Virus record (IMG/VR): IMGVR_UViG_3300032216_002167
Span: 1 to 37,048 of that record
Origin: a virus
Lineage: Duplodnaviria > Caudoviricetes
Reading direction: 5' to 3' (one strand)
Length of the DNA: 37,048 bases
A program made the position numbers and the translations under genes. Positions within the stretch are counted from its first letter, which is position 1; each line of letters begins with the position of its first letter. The notes under the pieces are model-generated. The model saw only the letters and a list, made by a program, of their open reading frames with translations, was not told the origin of the DNA and did no database searches. Of this stretch, positions 1 through 9,324 are shown piece after piece.

Positions 1-660
1 ACAAATAGCATGAATATTTTCATAGGTCACATCAAATTTATGAGATATTTGATTCAATGTCATTCCTTTTTCTCTTAAATCTCTGATTTCTAGAATTTCT
101 TCACTTTTCAGTTTTGACATTCCACATTTCTCGCCTCTTGCTGGATTAAATCTATTTCTGTTTTTAATATCTCTCGTATTATCTTTTTTTGTTCCCAAGT
201 ATAAATGTTCAGGATTTATGCATTTTGGATTATCGCATTTATGCAAAACGCACAATCCTCTTGGCACTTCTTCTATCCATATGGCATATGCTACTCTATG
301 TAAAACTGTTTTCTTTTTTTCTTCTGCCTGTCCCCAAGAAGCGAACGCATAACCATGATTATTTAATTGTCCTTGCCATTCCCAGCATTCATTTTTAATT
401 AGTATTTTCTTTTTAAGCCTTTTCCTAGTATGTTCAAAATACTCTTCTTTGGAAAGATTGGCTCCTAGAGAACCATTAGGAAAGTCACATCCGCAACTTT
501 TTGTTTTTCCTCTTCTTAGTCCTTCTTTAACTACATTCTTTCTGGTATTCCCGCATTCACAGACGCATAAAAAAGTGTCTCTGTATCTTCTTTTTCCATC
601 ACACTCTATCACTGTCAGTTTTCCGAATTTTAATCCAATAAAGTTATTCTTTTTTTCCAT
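1..660 (-). CDS. HNH homing endonuclease (3'-truncated by window edge; missing from ORF track)
   Basis: Hand translation from ATG at 660, open for 220 codons: MEKKNNFIGLKFGKLTVIEC..LCVCECGN..KSCGC..ECWEWQG..HGY..HRVAY..VLHKCDNPKCINPEHLYLGTKKDN..KLKSEEILEIRDL (C-terminal HTH-like). Confidence 0.9.
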   Translation of the reverse strand, partial: MEKKNNFIGLKFGKLTVIECDGKRRYRDTFLCVCECGNTRKNVVKEGLRRGKTKSCGCDFPNGSLGANLSKEEYFEHTRKRLKKKILIKNECWEWQGQLNNHGYAFASWGQAEEKKKTVLHRVAYAIWIEEVPRGLCVLHKCDNPKCINPEHLYLGTKKDNTRDIKNRNRFNPARGEKCGMSKLKSEEILEIRDLREKGMTLNQISHKFDVTYENIHAIC

Positions 661-662
661 AT

Positions 663-682
663 TCCCTCTCTTAAAAGAGGGA
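663..682 (-). promoter_or_regulatory. Hairpin sequestering SD of HNH gene
   Basis: Minus strand TCCCTCTT-ttaa-GAGAGGGA-at-ATG; SD GAGGG lies in the 3' arm. Confidence 0.65.
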
Positions 683-712
683 TAATTTATCATAAACTTG
701 CTTTATATTCGA

Positions 713-3004
713 CTAAAAACAGTTTTTGCCGCCGGCTCTGCACATTGCATTTATTGCGTACAATATCCAATTCTGGTTATGGGTAGAAATTTGATTCATT
801 AGCGAATCGTTATAAGTAATATTGATGCTAAAATATTGCGCTGCAAGAGTTGCATAAAATCTAAACCATGCATAATCTGAAGCTGGGGGATAAAATCCAG
901 ATGTTAACGCTGTGCTCATATTTGTATTTCCGACTAAGAGATTTCCTTGAACTGCCGGCGATGAATTCAAGAAAAGATTAATTGTCATAGCCGCCGTTTG
1001 TGTGGCTCCCATCAAAAAGTCAATCCTAGAAAGCTTTGTTTGCAGACTCTTACTCTGATACAAATTTATGTCTTTAGAAACTATATTCAATTTTGGAAAA
1101 AGAGCAATACTACCCCCACCAACGTAAATGGAACTAGCAAGAACAGGGGTATAACTGAAATCTGTAGCATACTCTTGTAAAGTATCACTCCAAAGTGCTA
1201 TCGATATTGTGTTTATGTCTATTACAGTAACTTGATAGATTGTATTATTTAATGATGTTGTGACAGGAAGGAATGTTGATGAGCTAATAAACATCATTCC
1301 TGTTATGTAAATCGATTCTCCATCAGCAAGATTGTGATTTATTACAGTCAATTGAACAACCCCTGTAACAGAAGCAATCGCCGTTATAGAAAGAGACTCT
1401 TCATCTGGAGTTACGTAACCATAAATATGAACAAATCCTTCCTGATTACCTGAGGTAATGAAAGGAAATAAACTCTGTGTGTCAAAATCATCCCAGGAAA
1501 TATCTTCGTCATCCCAAAATATATCTGTATTATCCCATGTAATATTTGTGCTTGATTGATACGTCCCAAAGGCCGTTATGTTGTCTCTAAAAACGGCCCA
1601 GGTATTATTTCTGTAATTAAACACCAATACTTTATTTGGAAATACCGTAGCCACACCTGGCGCGGCCTGAGTTTGCGCATCTGGATAGTTCCAGTAGACA
1701 AGTTCCTTTTGAAAGTCTCTTATCCCAAAAACCCTCTGCGGGCCGTTATTTGAGTTTTTAAAGTCGAATATTTGGTCTGGTATGTCTAAGTCGATTCGAT
1801 CGACGTTTACGGCACTAGAAGCTGTAATTCCCTTATCTCCGATGGTGAGCCTGTGATTGTCAAATAGAACGGGAGAAAAAGTAGACTCTCCTCCAAAATC
1901 TGAAGATATCCTTTCCCATATAAAAGGAGTGCCATACTCTCCAAGATATCTCAGTTGCCATGTTGTTCTTTCGAAATCTACCACTAGAGTATTCTTTACG
2001 AATGTGGCTCCTGTGATTTCTTCGCTTGTGGGAGCGTCAATGAATCCACCCTTTCCGAAAATATCCGACCTCCACGCATTGACATCGACCGGAGATGCAT
2101 TGTACTGGGAAAACCTGCATCGGTTAGCTATCTGAGAAGCTCCCCCATAACCACCGGCCGTTGTTCCCTCAAAAACATTTAGAGCTATCAGTCGTCCATA
2201 GTATGCAATAAGAATTCTGGCCTGAAATAGAGTGGTAGTAGCCGATACCAAAGGAGCGAAGTTTGTCCATGTCGCCCCATCTGTATATCTCATGGGATTG
2301 GCAGACGCACAGACAAAGTCGGTTACAAAAAGAAGTCTGTCGCCCGGATTTATCCCTCTATAGTTAAATCCCCAAAAGAAATCAGAATTGGAAGCGTTCC
2401 ATGTAGTGCCCGGAATAAACTCCTGGAAATTCATTCCACCAAATATGTATGCGTAGACAGTATCGAACCAGATAGTTTGCTCGTCATTCAGAAGAGCAAT
2501 TTCTCTTTGAATAATGCCCATTACAGGTAAACCTGGGAAATAAGACAGAGCGGCCGTAATCGCCGCGCCCCCTGTTAGAGACGTAAACTTAAGAACAATT
2601 TTACCAGTCACGTAATCTACATAAGACCCAGCTGAAACACCTGATCCGGTTACTGAAAATGTCCCATCTCCATTATCTGAGAAAGTTGCTGAATCTGGAG
2701 CCGCAACAGTTATGTCCACAGATCCCGGCTGTAATTCTCCAGTGGCCTCAAGTGATAAAGTTGAAAAAATGTTAGTAATCGTAACCGTATTTGGAGGACC
2801 TGCCGCAGTATTTCCTAGGGACTGTCCTGTCAGCGCCCTTCGCAACCTTCCTAGAAATTTGTTTCCTTCCCTTTTCTTAACCCTTTCTCGCCACGTGTAT
2901 GCGTTCTCCATTTTTTGCCACGCCCTATCAGGTAACAAAAATGGTTTTTTATTTGTCTGAAGTCCCGCGCTGTACCCAGTGATAAAAAACGGTTCTAAAG
3001 ACAT
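713..3004 (-). CDS. Tail tubular/nozzle or head-stabilisation protein (podovirus gp10/TTPB-like)
   Basis: About 763 aa from TAATG-coupled ATG at 3004; beta-rich, propeller-like; follows adaptor and precedes ejection genes on the circle. Confidence 0.65.
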   Translation of the reverse strand: MSLEPFFITGYSAGLQTNKKPFLLPDRAWQKMENAYTWRERVKKREGNKFLGRLRRALTGQSLGNTAAGPPNTVTITNIFSTLSLEATGELQPGSVDITVAAPDSATFSDNGDGTFSVTGSGVSAGSYVDYVTGKIVLKFTSLTGGAAITAALSYFPGLPVMGIIQREIALLNDEQTIWFDTVYAYIFGGMNFQEFIPGTTWNASNSDFFWGFNYRGINPGDRLLFVTDFVCASANPMRYTDGATWTNFAPLVSATTTLFQARILIAYYGRLIALNVFEGTTAGGYGGASQIANRCRFSQYNASPVDVNAWRSDIFGKGGFIDAPTSEEITGATFVKNTLVVDFERTTWQLRYLGEYGTPFIWERISSDFGGESTFSPVLFDNHRLTIGDKGITASSAVNVDRIDLDIPDQIFDFKNSNNGPQRVFGIRDFQKELVYWNYPDAQTQAAPGVATVFPNKVLVFNYRNNTWAVFRDNITAFGTYQSSTNITWDNTDIFWDDEDISWDDFDTQSLFPFITSGNQEGFVHIYGYVTPDEESLSITAIASVTGVVQLTVINHNLADGESIYITGMMFISSSTFLPVTTSLNNTIYQVTVIDINTISIALWSDTLQEYATDFSYTPVLASSIYVGGGSIALFPKLNIVSKDINLYQSKSLQTKLSRIDFLMGATQTAAMTINLFLNSSPAVQGNLLVGNTNMSTALTSGFYPPASDYAWFRFYATLAAQYFSINITYNDSLMNQISTHNQNWILYAINAMCRAGGKNCF
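729..832. repeat. Exact 104-bp direct repeat, copy 1
   Basis: Identical to 36945-37048 (offset 36216). Confidence 0.97.
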
Positions 3005-3585
3005 TAGTTTCCTATAGCAGTCCAATAAAAGTTTTGATTAGCACCAAAGGTTCCTAGGGACCGGCTCGCTGTAAACCCCGTAGACGTCACGTTCGTTACA
3101 TCAAATGTGTTATTAAATCCAATTCCAGTGAGACTGACATTGAAACAAGCCGCAGTAAAATTCACGTTAGACGTCACAAATAGAACATTCACATTGCTCG
3201 CATTCCCTACAAAAGCTCCAATTCCCCACTGAATGATAACCCCTCCAGGAAGAAATGAGTAACCATTCACAGCAGCCTTCACTCCCGTATCCAACCTAGA
3301 CATCTGAACATCTGATGCTCCAGATAGTTGACTTTCTTTTTGAAGAAAAAGCTGAGCGACACTTTGTGCCTGTTTTGCATAGAGAGCACATTCATCGACA
3401 GAAGTTGCTGGAGATGTTGATTGCTCCACGAATTCGGCAAGATTGTGCTTTCCTGCTCCTGATAAATTCACATCGATGTGGTTTGTGGCTATCGTTGATC
3501 GCAAAACAGCAAAGTTATTTCGAATTGGATCCTTAGTAAATCCTAGCGATTGACCCGTATTTGGGATACCTGGCGTAAATGTCAT
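3004..3585 (-). CDS. Tail protein with C-terminal gp53-like fibre domain
   Basis: NGYSFLPGGVIIQWG...FYWTAIGN motif typical of phage tail fibre C-terminal domains. Confidence 0.65.
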   Translation of the reverse strand: MTFTPGIPNTGQSLGFTKDPIRNNFAVLRSTIATNHIDVNLSGAGKHNLAEFVEQSTSPATSVDECALYAKQAQSVAQLFLQKESQLSGASDVQMSRLDTGVKAAVNGYSFLPGGVIIQWGIGAFVGNASNVNVLFVTSNVNFTAACFNVSLTGIGFNNTFDVTNVTSTGFTASRSLGTFGANQNFYWTAIGN

Positions 3586-4868
3586 GGGCCTCCTGAACCT
3601 GTGCCACCAAATCCTGCTCCATAATTGAACTGGTTTTGATCCGCAAAAATTGTATTAATTCTTTGTTTTCCTAATTGAGCATAAGTTCTCGTATATGCCA
3701 CTTCATATCGTTCGCTAAGCATCTTATCCATTAGCATTATCCCATCACTATCTAGACGGTCTTCAAATATCTTCTTGGCAGCGCCCATGGCAATGCACTC
3801 CCACCATTCAGATAATTCTGGGACTCCCGTTTGTGATGGAGCATTCATCAATGCCTGTGTTGGCTGCCTGTAGGCTGTAAGTTCGATGGTGTAGCCTTGA
3901 TCCGGAACAGGACGAAGAGTAAATTGATTTTGAAAGAATAATATTGATAGTGGGATTGCTGGAGTTACTGGATTGTATTGGATTTGAATGTTAGCACCAC
4001 CAGGCACCGATTGAGTAAATACAATATTTGTTATTGATCCTGTAGAATAGTTTATCGATCCTGAAAGACAATCTCCTATCAAATTTCCGAAACCATCATC
4101 AGTGACGTTTAAAGTGTCCCCGTTTGAGACATTAGTCGTGATGAGTATGTTCTGTACCCTAGAAGCAGGATAGTTGATTGCAGGGCCCGCTGTGTTAGCC
4201 GTTCCTCCGCCAGTGTAGGTTAATCCAGTAGAAGTTGCAGGAATTACTATGCTTGTTGTGGTCGCCGAAGTGATGGTGAACGTGAAACCGTTCAAAATTG
4301 CGCCCACTGTCCCTGTGATGCCAGAAAAAACAACTTGTTGGTTTGCTGAAAAGCTACTGGAAGCAAAGTTTATAGTTGTAAATCCAACCGAAGGAGAATC
4401 AACCACAATTCCAGCTATCAACTGCTCATAAAACGGAATGTTGTTGACAGATCTTATTATTGGAGTAGCTGAAGTTGTTCCTGAGTAAGGTCCAGCTGTT
4501 CCATTTCCTTGAGTAAAATTATTTTGGAACTGCCAATTGAAATTTACTCCATAAAAGCTCCAACAATCGTTAAAAAGGGCGATTTCCCTTTTTGCGCAGT
4601 AGCAAGGCTGCTCGATGGTAGTGTAATGTTCTGAATCAAAAGCATAGGTGTCTACGCCGTAGACTGTATTGAATGTATACTTATCCTTTAGCTTTAAACT
4701 TCTAAACTGAGATGGAAAATCATAGAGGTAGAAACTGTTTATGTAATCGGCTATCCCCACACTATTGGGGTTAGTAGGATCTGCGTAATTTGGCAATTGC
4801 AAAGGATCAGCAGATCCCGTTAGGCGCCTGATTTTCGCGAAGATGGCTGCTAGATTTACGATCGCCAT
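3582..4868 (-). CDS. Head-tail adaptor/tail tubular protein A-like with inserted beta domain
   Basis: IRRLTG..YINSFY at N-terminus; LRPVPDQGYTIEL..PELSEWWECIAMGAAKKIF at C-terminus; position after capsid genes. Confidence 0.6.
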   Translation of the reverse strand: MAIVNLAAIFAKIRRLTGSADPLQLPNYADPTNPNSVGIADYINSFYLYDFPSQFRSLKLKDKYTFNTVYGVDTYAFDSEHYTTIEQPCYCAKREIALFNDCWSFYGVNFNWQFQNNFTQGNGTAGPYSGTTSATPIIRSVNNIPFYEQLIAGIVVDSPSVGFTTINFASSSFSANQQVVFSGITGTVGAILNGFTFTITSATTTSIVIPATSTGLTYTGGGTANTAGPAINYPASRVQNILITTNVSNGDTLNVTDDGFGNLIGDCLSGSINYSTGSITNIVFTQSVPGGANIQIQYNPVTPAIPLSILFFQNQFTLRPVPDQGYTIELTAYRQPTQALMNAPSQTGVPELSEWWECIAMGAAKKIFEDRLDSDGIMLMDKMLSERYEVAYTRTYAQLGKQRINTIFADQNQFNYGAGFGGTGSGGP

Positions 4869-4874
4869 TTTACC

Positions 4875-5228
4875 TCATGTAGGAACATTATCAAATGCAT
4901 CCTGTAAATTTGTTTGCGCAGGATAAGTTCCCTGCAAAATTCCAGATCCCGCCGGAACAACCATTGCTGGCTGAGCTTGGCTAGTCGGCTCTATAAACAC
5001 AAAAGGCGTATAATTCAGGCTGTTTATGGGCACAGTTATTGTATTACTAGTAGCTGACGTAACCGTCGTTTGCTGGTTATTCAGCTCTCTCATTCCGCTT
5101 GCAGAAGACACCCTGAATGAGACAATTTCTCCCGCAATAAAATCGCAATTGGCCGTGAACGTGACAACAGTTTGTTGCCCCTGGGAAATCGACAAAATGA
5201 AACTATACTGCGGAACAAAAGTACTCAC
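4875..5228 (-). CDS. Small virion structural protein (FCCH-like beta domain)
   Basis: Similar to C-terminal domain of 6166-7227 (ISQ..Q..V.F....GEIV.F; PAGSGI; TNLQDAFDN shared). Confidence 0.55.
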   Translation of the reverse strand: MSTFVPQYSFILSISQGQQTVVTFTANCDFIAGEIVSFRVSSASGMRELNNQQTTVTSATSNTITVPINSLNYTPFVFIEPTSQAQPAMVVPAGSGILQGTYPAQTNLQDAFDNVPT

Positions 5229-5584
5229 ACCATATCCATAGGGATGAATCTTGTACGGCTAGTTTTGCTAACGACATCCTTCCCTTGATCTGCGTTTTCT
5301 CTGATCATTCGGACTTTTTTGTAAACATTGTTCAGGTGTTTAGCAACGTCCATGGGGATTTCTACAGTCTCACCATGATAAATCTTCACGGTTCGAATGG
5401 GCTCTCCTGGATAGAATCTATAGCTAAAATCCAACCATCCACCTTGAGCATCTGTAAACTCAAAGATCCCTTTAATTAATTTCTCTCCAATCTTTTGGAG
5501 CTTTTTGATCTGCTCAGCAGATTTCGCTTTTGCTTCTGCTGACAGAGAGCAAATGTGTCTTGCTCTAGTTTCTTGTATGATCAT
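5225..5584 (-). CDS. Hypothetical head-region protein
   Basis: 119-aa ORF, ATGA-coupled within late operon. Confidence 0.6.
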   Translation of the reverse strand: MIIQETRARHICSLSAEAKAKSAEQIKKLQKIGEKLIKGIFEFTDAQGGWLDFSYRFYPGEPIRTVKIYHGETVEIPMDVAKHLNNVYKKVRMIRENADQGKDVVSKTSRTRFIPMDMV

Positions 5585-6114
5585 CTTCTACCTTTTTGTT
5601 TATGTATTGCCATATGGCATTTTCTACAGACCCAAATCACTTCTAGAGGTTTTTCATAATCTGCGTGGTGACCATCTAGCGCCTTTTCTTCATTACAAAT
5701 CTGACATCTATTAGGCTTTATAATATTCTCTCGCCTAAGAGCATCATTTAATTTCCTGTTCGCTATAATTTTTTTCTTGTCATATACATTTTGAAGATAA
5801 AACAACTTTGCTTGTTTTTGATCTTGAGAATTTCTGAAGGCTGCCCTTCTTAATTCCATTCTCTTTTCCCTATCCTCATCAGAAAGATTTTGTTGATAGA
5901 TTTTTACTTTCTCTATCCTTTTCTTCCTGTTTTTTTCGTATGACTTCTTTTCTTGTTCTCTTTTTCTTGTCAGTTTCTCAGGATCTTCTAAACGGCTTCT
6001 CCTTTTTAAATTCTGACAATCGCTACAGATCGTCTGATATCCAGAAGATCTATTATTTCTTTTCCAAAACTTTTCTAACTCTTTATCTACTTCGCATTCC
6101 AAACACTTTTTCAT
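5581..6114 (-). CDS. HNH-like endonuclease with N-terminal Zn finger
   Basis: CLEC..CSDC, basic helix, CQIC..DGHHADYEKPLEVIWVCRKCHMAIH. Confidence 0.75.
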   Translation of the reverse strand: MKKCLECEVDKELEKFWKRNNRSSGYQTICSDCQNLKRRSRLEDPEKLTRKREQEKKSYEKNRKKRIEKVKIYQQNLSDEDREKRMELRRAAFRNSQDQKQAKLFYLQNVYDKKKIIANRKLNDALRRENIIKPNRCQICNEEKALDGHHADYEKPLEVIWVCRKCHMAIHKQKGRR

Positions 6115-6169
6115 AATAGCCTCGGTTTTTAAACGAGGCTATCATAACTAAGGAGCGCTTGGAAATCAA
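6112..6169 (-). promoter_or_regulatory. Sigma70-type promoter overlapping an SD/start-sequestering hairpin
   Basis: TTGATT (6169-6164)-17 nt-TATGAT (6146-6141); perfect inverted repeat ATAGCCTCG (6116-6124)/CGAGGCTAT (6134-6142) containing SD GAGG. Confidence 0.75.
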
Positions 6170-7227
6170 GCATTACTTAGGTTCCCGTAGTCTGCTTTCC
6201 ACGCAGTCCATTGCATTGTTGCGCTATTAGCACCTACCACACTTGAACCGATGTACATGTAGTACTGGTTTCGGTTGTCAAACGCATCTTGGAGGTTTGT
6301 TCCAGGAGGCGATTGCGGCACAGTTGCACTACCATTTAAAGGAACGATCCCACTACCTGCTGGGAAGCAGAAAGGAGGTGATGCTTTTCCTACAGATCCA
6401 GCAGAAGTTGGATAACTGAATGCTGTATATCCAGTAGTGTTAATGTTTATTGTGATTGAGGATTCAGTAGCTGTATTAGTTACGACCAAAACCCTAGCTG
6501 CTCCACCAGGCTGTTTAGTTAAGAAAGTCAATTGGGTCATTCCATAGGTAGATGGGATGTTGAAATCCACGATCTCCCCAGGAGTGTAATCATTTGGCTT
6601 TGCAAAATAGACTTTTGCCTGAGTTGCTTGGCTGATGTACATAATCTGGCGCTCTCTTGGGTAGAACTGACCAGGAATGTATTTCAGAATTGTTGTGGTA
6701 GTAGCGTCAGCTGTGAAACTTACGCCCGCTGTAACTGCTGTAGCAATAAACCCAAGAGTGATACTTGAGTTAACCGATACTGCTGTGACTTGAGCAGTGA
6801 TTCCACCAGCTTGTTGCATGCCGGTAGGATTGATCAATCGTACTGTGTCACCTACAGAAATGCTCCCTGTGTTAGCCATACTTACTACAAATGTAGTGTG
6901 GTTAATGGCTGTTGCAGCAAGACCTGCAAAAGTTGGAGGATTAGAAGGATTAATGAATGTAAATCCATTAGCTGTGCCAGTTCCACCATAGGTGTAATTT
7001 GACGCAGCAGCGGCAGAAATCTGTCCCAACTGTCTGTATGACCCTGCTGCCATGGTATTTGGATAAATCCAACTTTCCATAGCTGCTACGGCAGTATTTG
7101 CTGCGCCCCAATTAGTAATATCTCTGACCATGAAAAGATCTGGCGTATCACTTAAGGGTACAGTCGTCGGAAGAGCCGACGCAGCATTGACATAAGAGCC
7201 AGTGCCGATAAATGAAAAAGGTAACAT
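6166..7227 (-). CDS. Capsid decoration/virion structural protein
   Basis: 353 aa, Thr/Ala/Gly-rich, immediately after the major capsid gene, SD GGAGG. Confidence 0.6.
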   Translation of the reverse strand: MLPFSFIGTGSYVNAASALPTTVPLSDTPDLFMVRDITNWGAANTAVAAMESWIYPNTMAAGSYRQLGQISAAAASNYTYGGTGTANGFTFINPSNPPTFAGLAATAINHTTFVVSMANTGSISVGDTVRLINPTGMQQAGGITAQVTAVSVNSSITLGFIATAVTAGVSFTADATTTTILKYIPGQFYPRERQIMYISQATQAKVYFAKPNDYTPGEIVDFNIPSTYGMTQLTFLTKQPGGAARVLVVTNTATESSITININTTGYTAFSYPTSAGSVGKASPPFCFPAGSGIVPLNGSATVPQSPPGTNLQDAFDNRNQYYMYIGSSVVGANSATMQWTAWKADYGNLSNA

Positions 7228-7237
7228 ATTGTGCCTC

Positions 7238-8185
7238 CTATATGCCTGTTGATCTTAAATTTTGAATCCACAGGTCATTGGTGATGCACTGTCCTTGATA
7301 GAACGAGCATCCCGCAGTGTGTCTCAACATACATGGGTCGTTGTTGTAGCCAGGAGGTAGGTAGATAAATCTAGCCTTGCCACCAGCTTGCCAAACGACT
7401 TTGTAAGATTCCTTAGCTGCCACAAAACAGTTGGCAATATCATTACCAAGTAATGAAGCGCTAGGAGTTACAGACCCTTGCTCTGAAATGAAGAAACGAA
7501 CGTTGTCCACGCCGCCCCATTCCGCAGCCAAGGTTTTGTCTATATGGGGATATGCAAACTTTCTTACGAAACCAGCAATATTATTTAAAACTGGAATCAT
7601 TCGAGTTGTAAGCATACAGCCATAAGAATCCCCGATAGGACTTGTGCCGAATTTCAGGTCAGCTTCAACGATACTTGTGATGTACTCACCAGAATTGTTT
7701 TGCAGAACTGTAACGACATCATCCACGTCAGAGATTGCCATTTCTGTAGGTAGGTCTCCGTCAGTACCGCCAACGCAGTTAATGACAGAAGCAGAAGATT
7801 CCAGTTGATCTCTTACTAGAGCATCTTGAGTTTCACGAAGCGCTTGTCCAAGACGAGCAGCAGCAGAGTTCAAAACTGGGTCTTCGTTAGTGATTGTAAC
7901 CTGTCTAGTTAAGACTATGTAGGTTGCATACACGCGAACACGGCAATCCACGTCAACGCGATTAAGCTGTTGAGCAGGGGGATTAACTTGACTGTCGTCA
8001 AGTGGTACAGGGAATAAATCAAGACGATCATAACGTGACTGTCTATCAATGAACCCTTGGTTGTCTGGAAGCTCCACTGGAGTAGCGAAGAGCATGTGAA
8101 CTAAATTATGCTCTGGCGTACTGAGAAGCTTCGCATTATAACGCTGCTGAATTTGAGGCGGCAGCGTAGATATGGAAACTGTCAT
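7238..8185 (-). CDS. Major capsid protein (N4-gp56 family-like)
   Basis: 315 aa; LPPQIQQRYNAKLL, RYDRL, EDPVLNSAAARLGQALRETQD, EWGGVDNVRF, NDPC..R motifs; follows scaffold. Confidence 0.85.
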   Translation of the reverse strand: MTVSISTLPPQIQQRYNAKLLSTPEHNLVHMLFATPVELPDNQGFIDRQSRYDRLDLFPVPLDDSQVNPPAQQLNRVDVDCRVRVYATYIVLTRQVTITNEDPVLNSAAARLGQALRETQDALVRDQLESSASVINCVGGTDGDLPTEMAISDVDDVVTVLQNNSGEYITSIVEADLKFGTSPIGDSYGCMLTTRMIPVLNNIAGFVRKFAYPHIDKTLAAEWGGVDNVRFFISEQGSVTPSASLLGNDIANCFVAAKESYKVVWQAGGKARFIYLPPGYNNDPCMLRHTAGCSFYQGQCITNDLWIQNLRSTGI

Positions 8186-8201
8186 TTAGTGCCTGTATGG
8201 G

Positions 8202-8939
8202 TTAATACCCACCAGCCTGATTCGCAAATCCGTACATCTCGCTTCTAAGTTCTTTCTTCATCGCATCCGTCATTGCAAAAGCTTGAGCCATAGGCCGTTT
8301 TTCGAAAGCCTGAGGAGTATTGATAGTTTTTTTGTTCTGCTCAATTTTCCTCTCCGTTTCGACTGCTCTTTTAGAAGGAGCTTTTGGAGCAAGCCCTTTA
8401 GCCTTGATATACTCGTAGGTTTGAACCGCTATCATATAAGGGTCATTACTACTAGCTATTGCGTTAGCAAGCCTGGGGTTTGTTTCATCTAAAATTGCTA
8501 TCGTGTCAGGATTTACAACGTCGTCGAAATCAGGGAATTCCCGCTTCAGATCGTTCAGAAGAGAATTTTGCTTTTGGTGAGAATAGGTTTTTTTAACCTC
8601 TTCCAACTCCCTGCGAAATTCTTCTTTCTGTTGTTGCAGAGCTTGTGCCACTTTGTTTCCAGGAACGTATTCTTCCTGTGAAATTTCATGTATAAGATCT
8701 ACTTTCTGTACGGGAGCTGCCTGAGGAGGTTGCTGCGTCATTACTCGCTGCAAAAGCTCTTCCTGCATCTTCACCTTTCTTTCTAAATCGCTATTAACTC
8801 GTCTAATTTCCCGCCAATTCCGATCTTGTCGGCTTTCTTCTTGGCTAGGTTCATTCGAGACATCCTGAGTGGTCTCTGTCGTAGGAGAGGCGACTTCCTG
8901 AGCTTCCTGCTCTACAGCCTGATTTTCGACTTCGTCCAT
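8202..8939 (-). CDS. Scaffolding protein
   Basis: Acidic N-terminus, coiled coil, FPDFDDVV motif, directly upstream of capsid gene. Confidence 0.7.
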   Translation of the reverse strand: MDEVENQAVEQEAQEVASPTTETTQDVSNEPSQEESRQDRNWREIRRVNSDLERKVKMQEELLQRVMTQQPPQAAPVQKVDLIHEISQEEYVPGNKVAQALQQQKEEFRRELEEVKKTYSHQKQNSLLNDLKREFPDFDDVVNPDTIAILDETNPRLANAIASSNDPYMIAVQTYEYIKAKGLAPKAPSKRAVETERKIEQNKKTINTPQAFEKRPMAQAFAMTDAMKKELRSEMYGFANQAGGY

Positions 8940-9068
8940 GAATTTTCCTTTTTTTGCCTTGGTGAATGGCCAATGACACCGCGCACTATTGAGGCCAGTG
9001 GAGCCTTTCTCTGGACATTATTTAATAAAAGTTTTAAATCAAACAAAAAGTTTAGACGGTGGTTTAAA

Positions 9069-9323
9069 ATGATTTGCCCTGAGTGTGAAAAGGAAAGAGA
9101 CGAGAAAGATTTTTTTGTTAGTAAATCTGAATGCTATAAGTGCGTTTTCTCTAAGAAAATGAAGGATTTAAGAAATAAGAAATACGTTGGTCTTTGTAGA
9201 ATATGCGGGGATAAATGCGAGAAAAAAAGATGGGTTTATTGCTCAGAAAATTGTTCTGCAATAGGGAAAAAGTCCCAGAAAGAAAGATATTGGACGCTAA
9301 ACGTTAAATCTGTTTACTACTAA
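9069..9323 (+). CDS. Small double Zn-finger protein
   Basis: MICPEC..CYKC..CRIC..YCSENC; ATG at 9069 more plausible than 8826; fills the gap between late genes. Confidence 0.6.
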   Translation: MICPECEKERDEKDFFVSKSECYKCVFSKKMKDLRNKKYVGLCRICGDKCEKKRWVYCSENCSAIGKKSQKERYWTLNVKSVYY

Positions 9324-9324
9324 A

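Noticed and set aside
189-685. Plus-strand ORFs 189-398 and 449-685
   Set aside because: Antisense to a motif-bearing HNH gene
729-832. attL/attR of an integrated prophage, or physical terminal repeats
   Set aside because: Repeat lies inside a virion gene, the flank is a phage HNH rather than host DNA, there is no integrase, and copy 1 is not terminal
8945-9010. Structured RNA in the scaffold leader
   Set aside because: Only 4-5 bp stems (GGTG/CACC, CACT/AGTG); cannot be supported without an alignment
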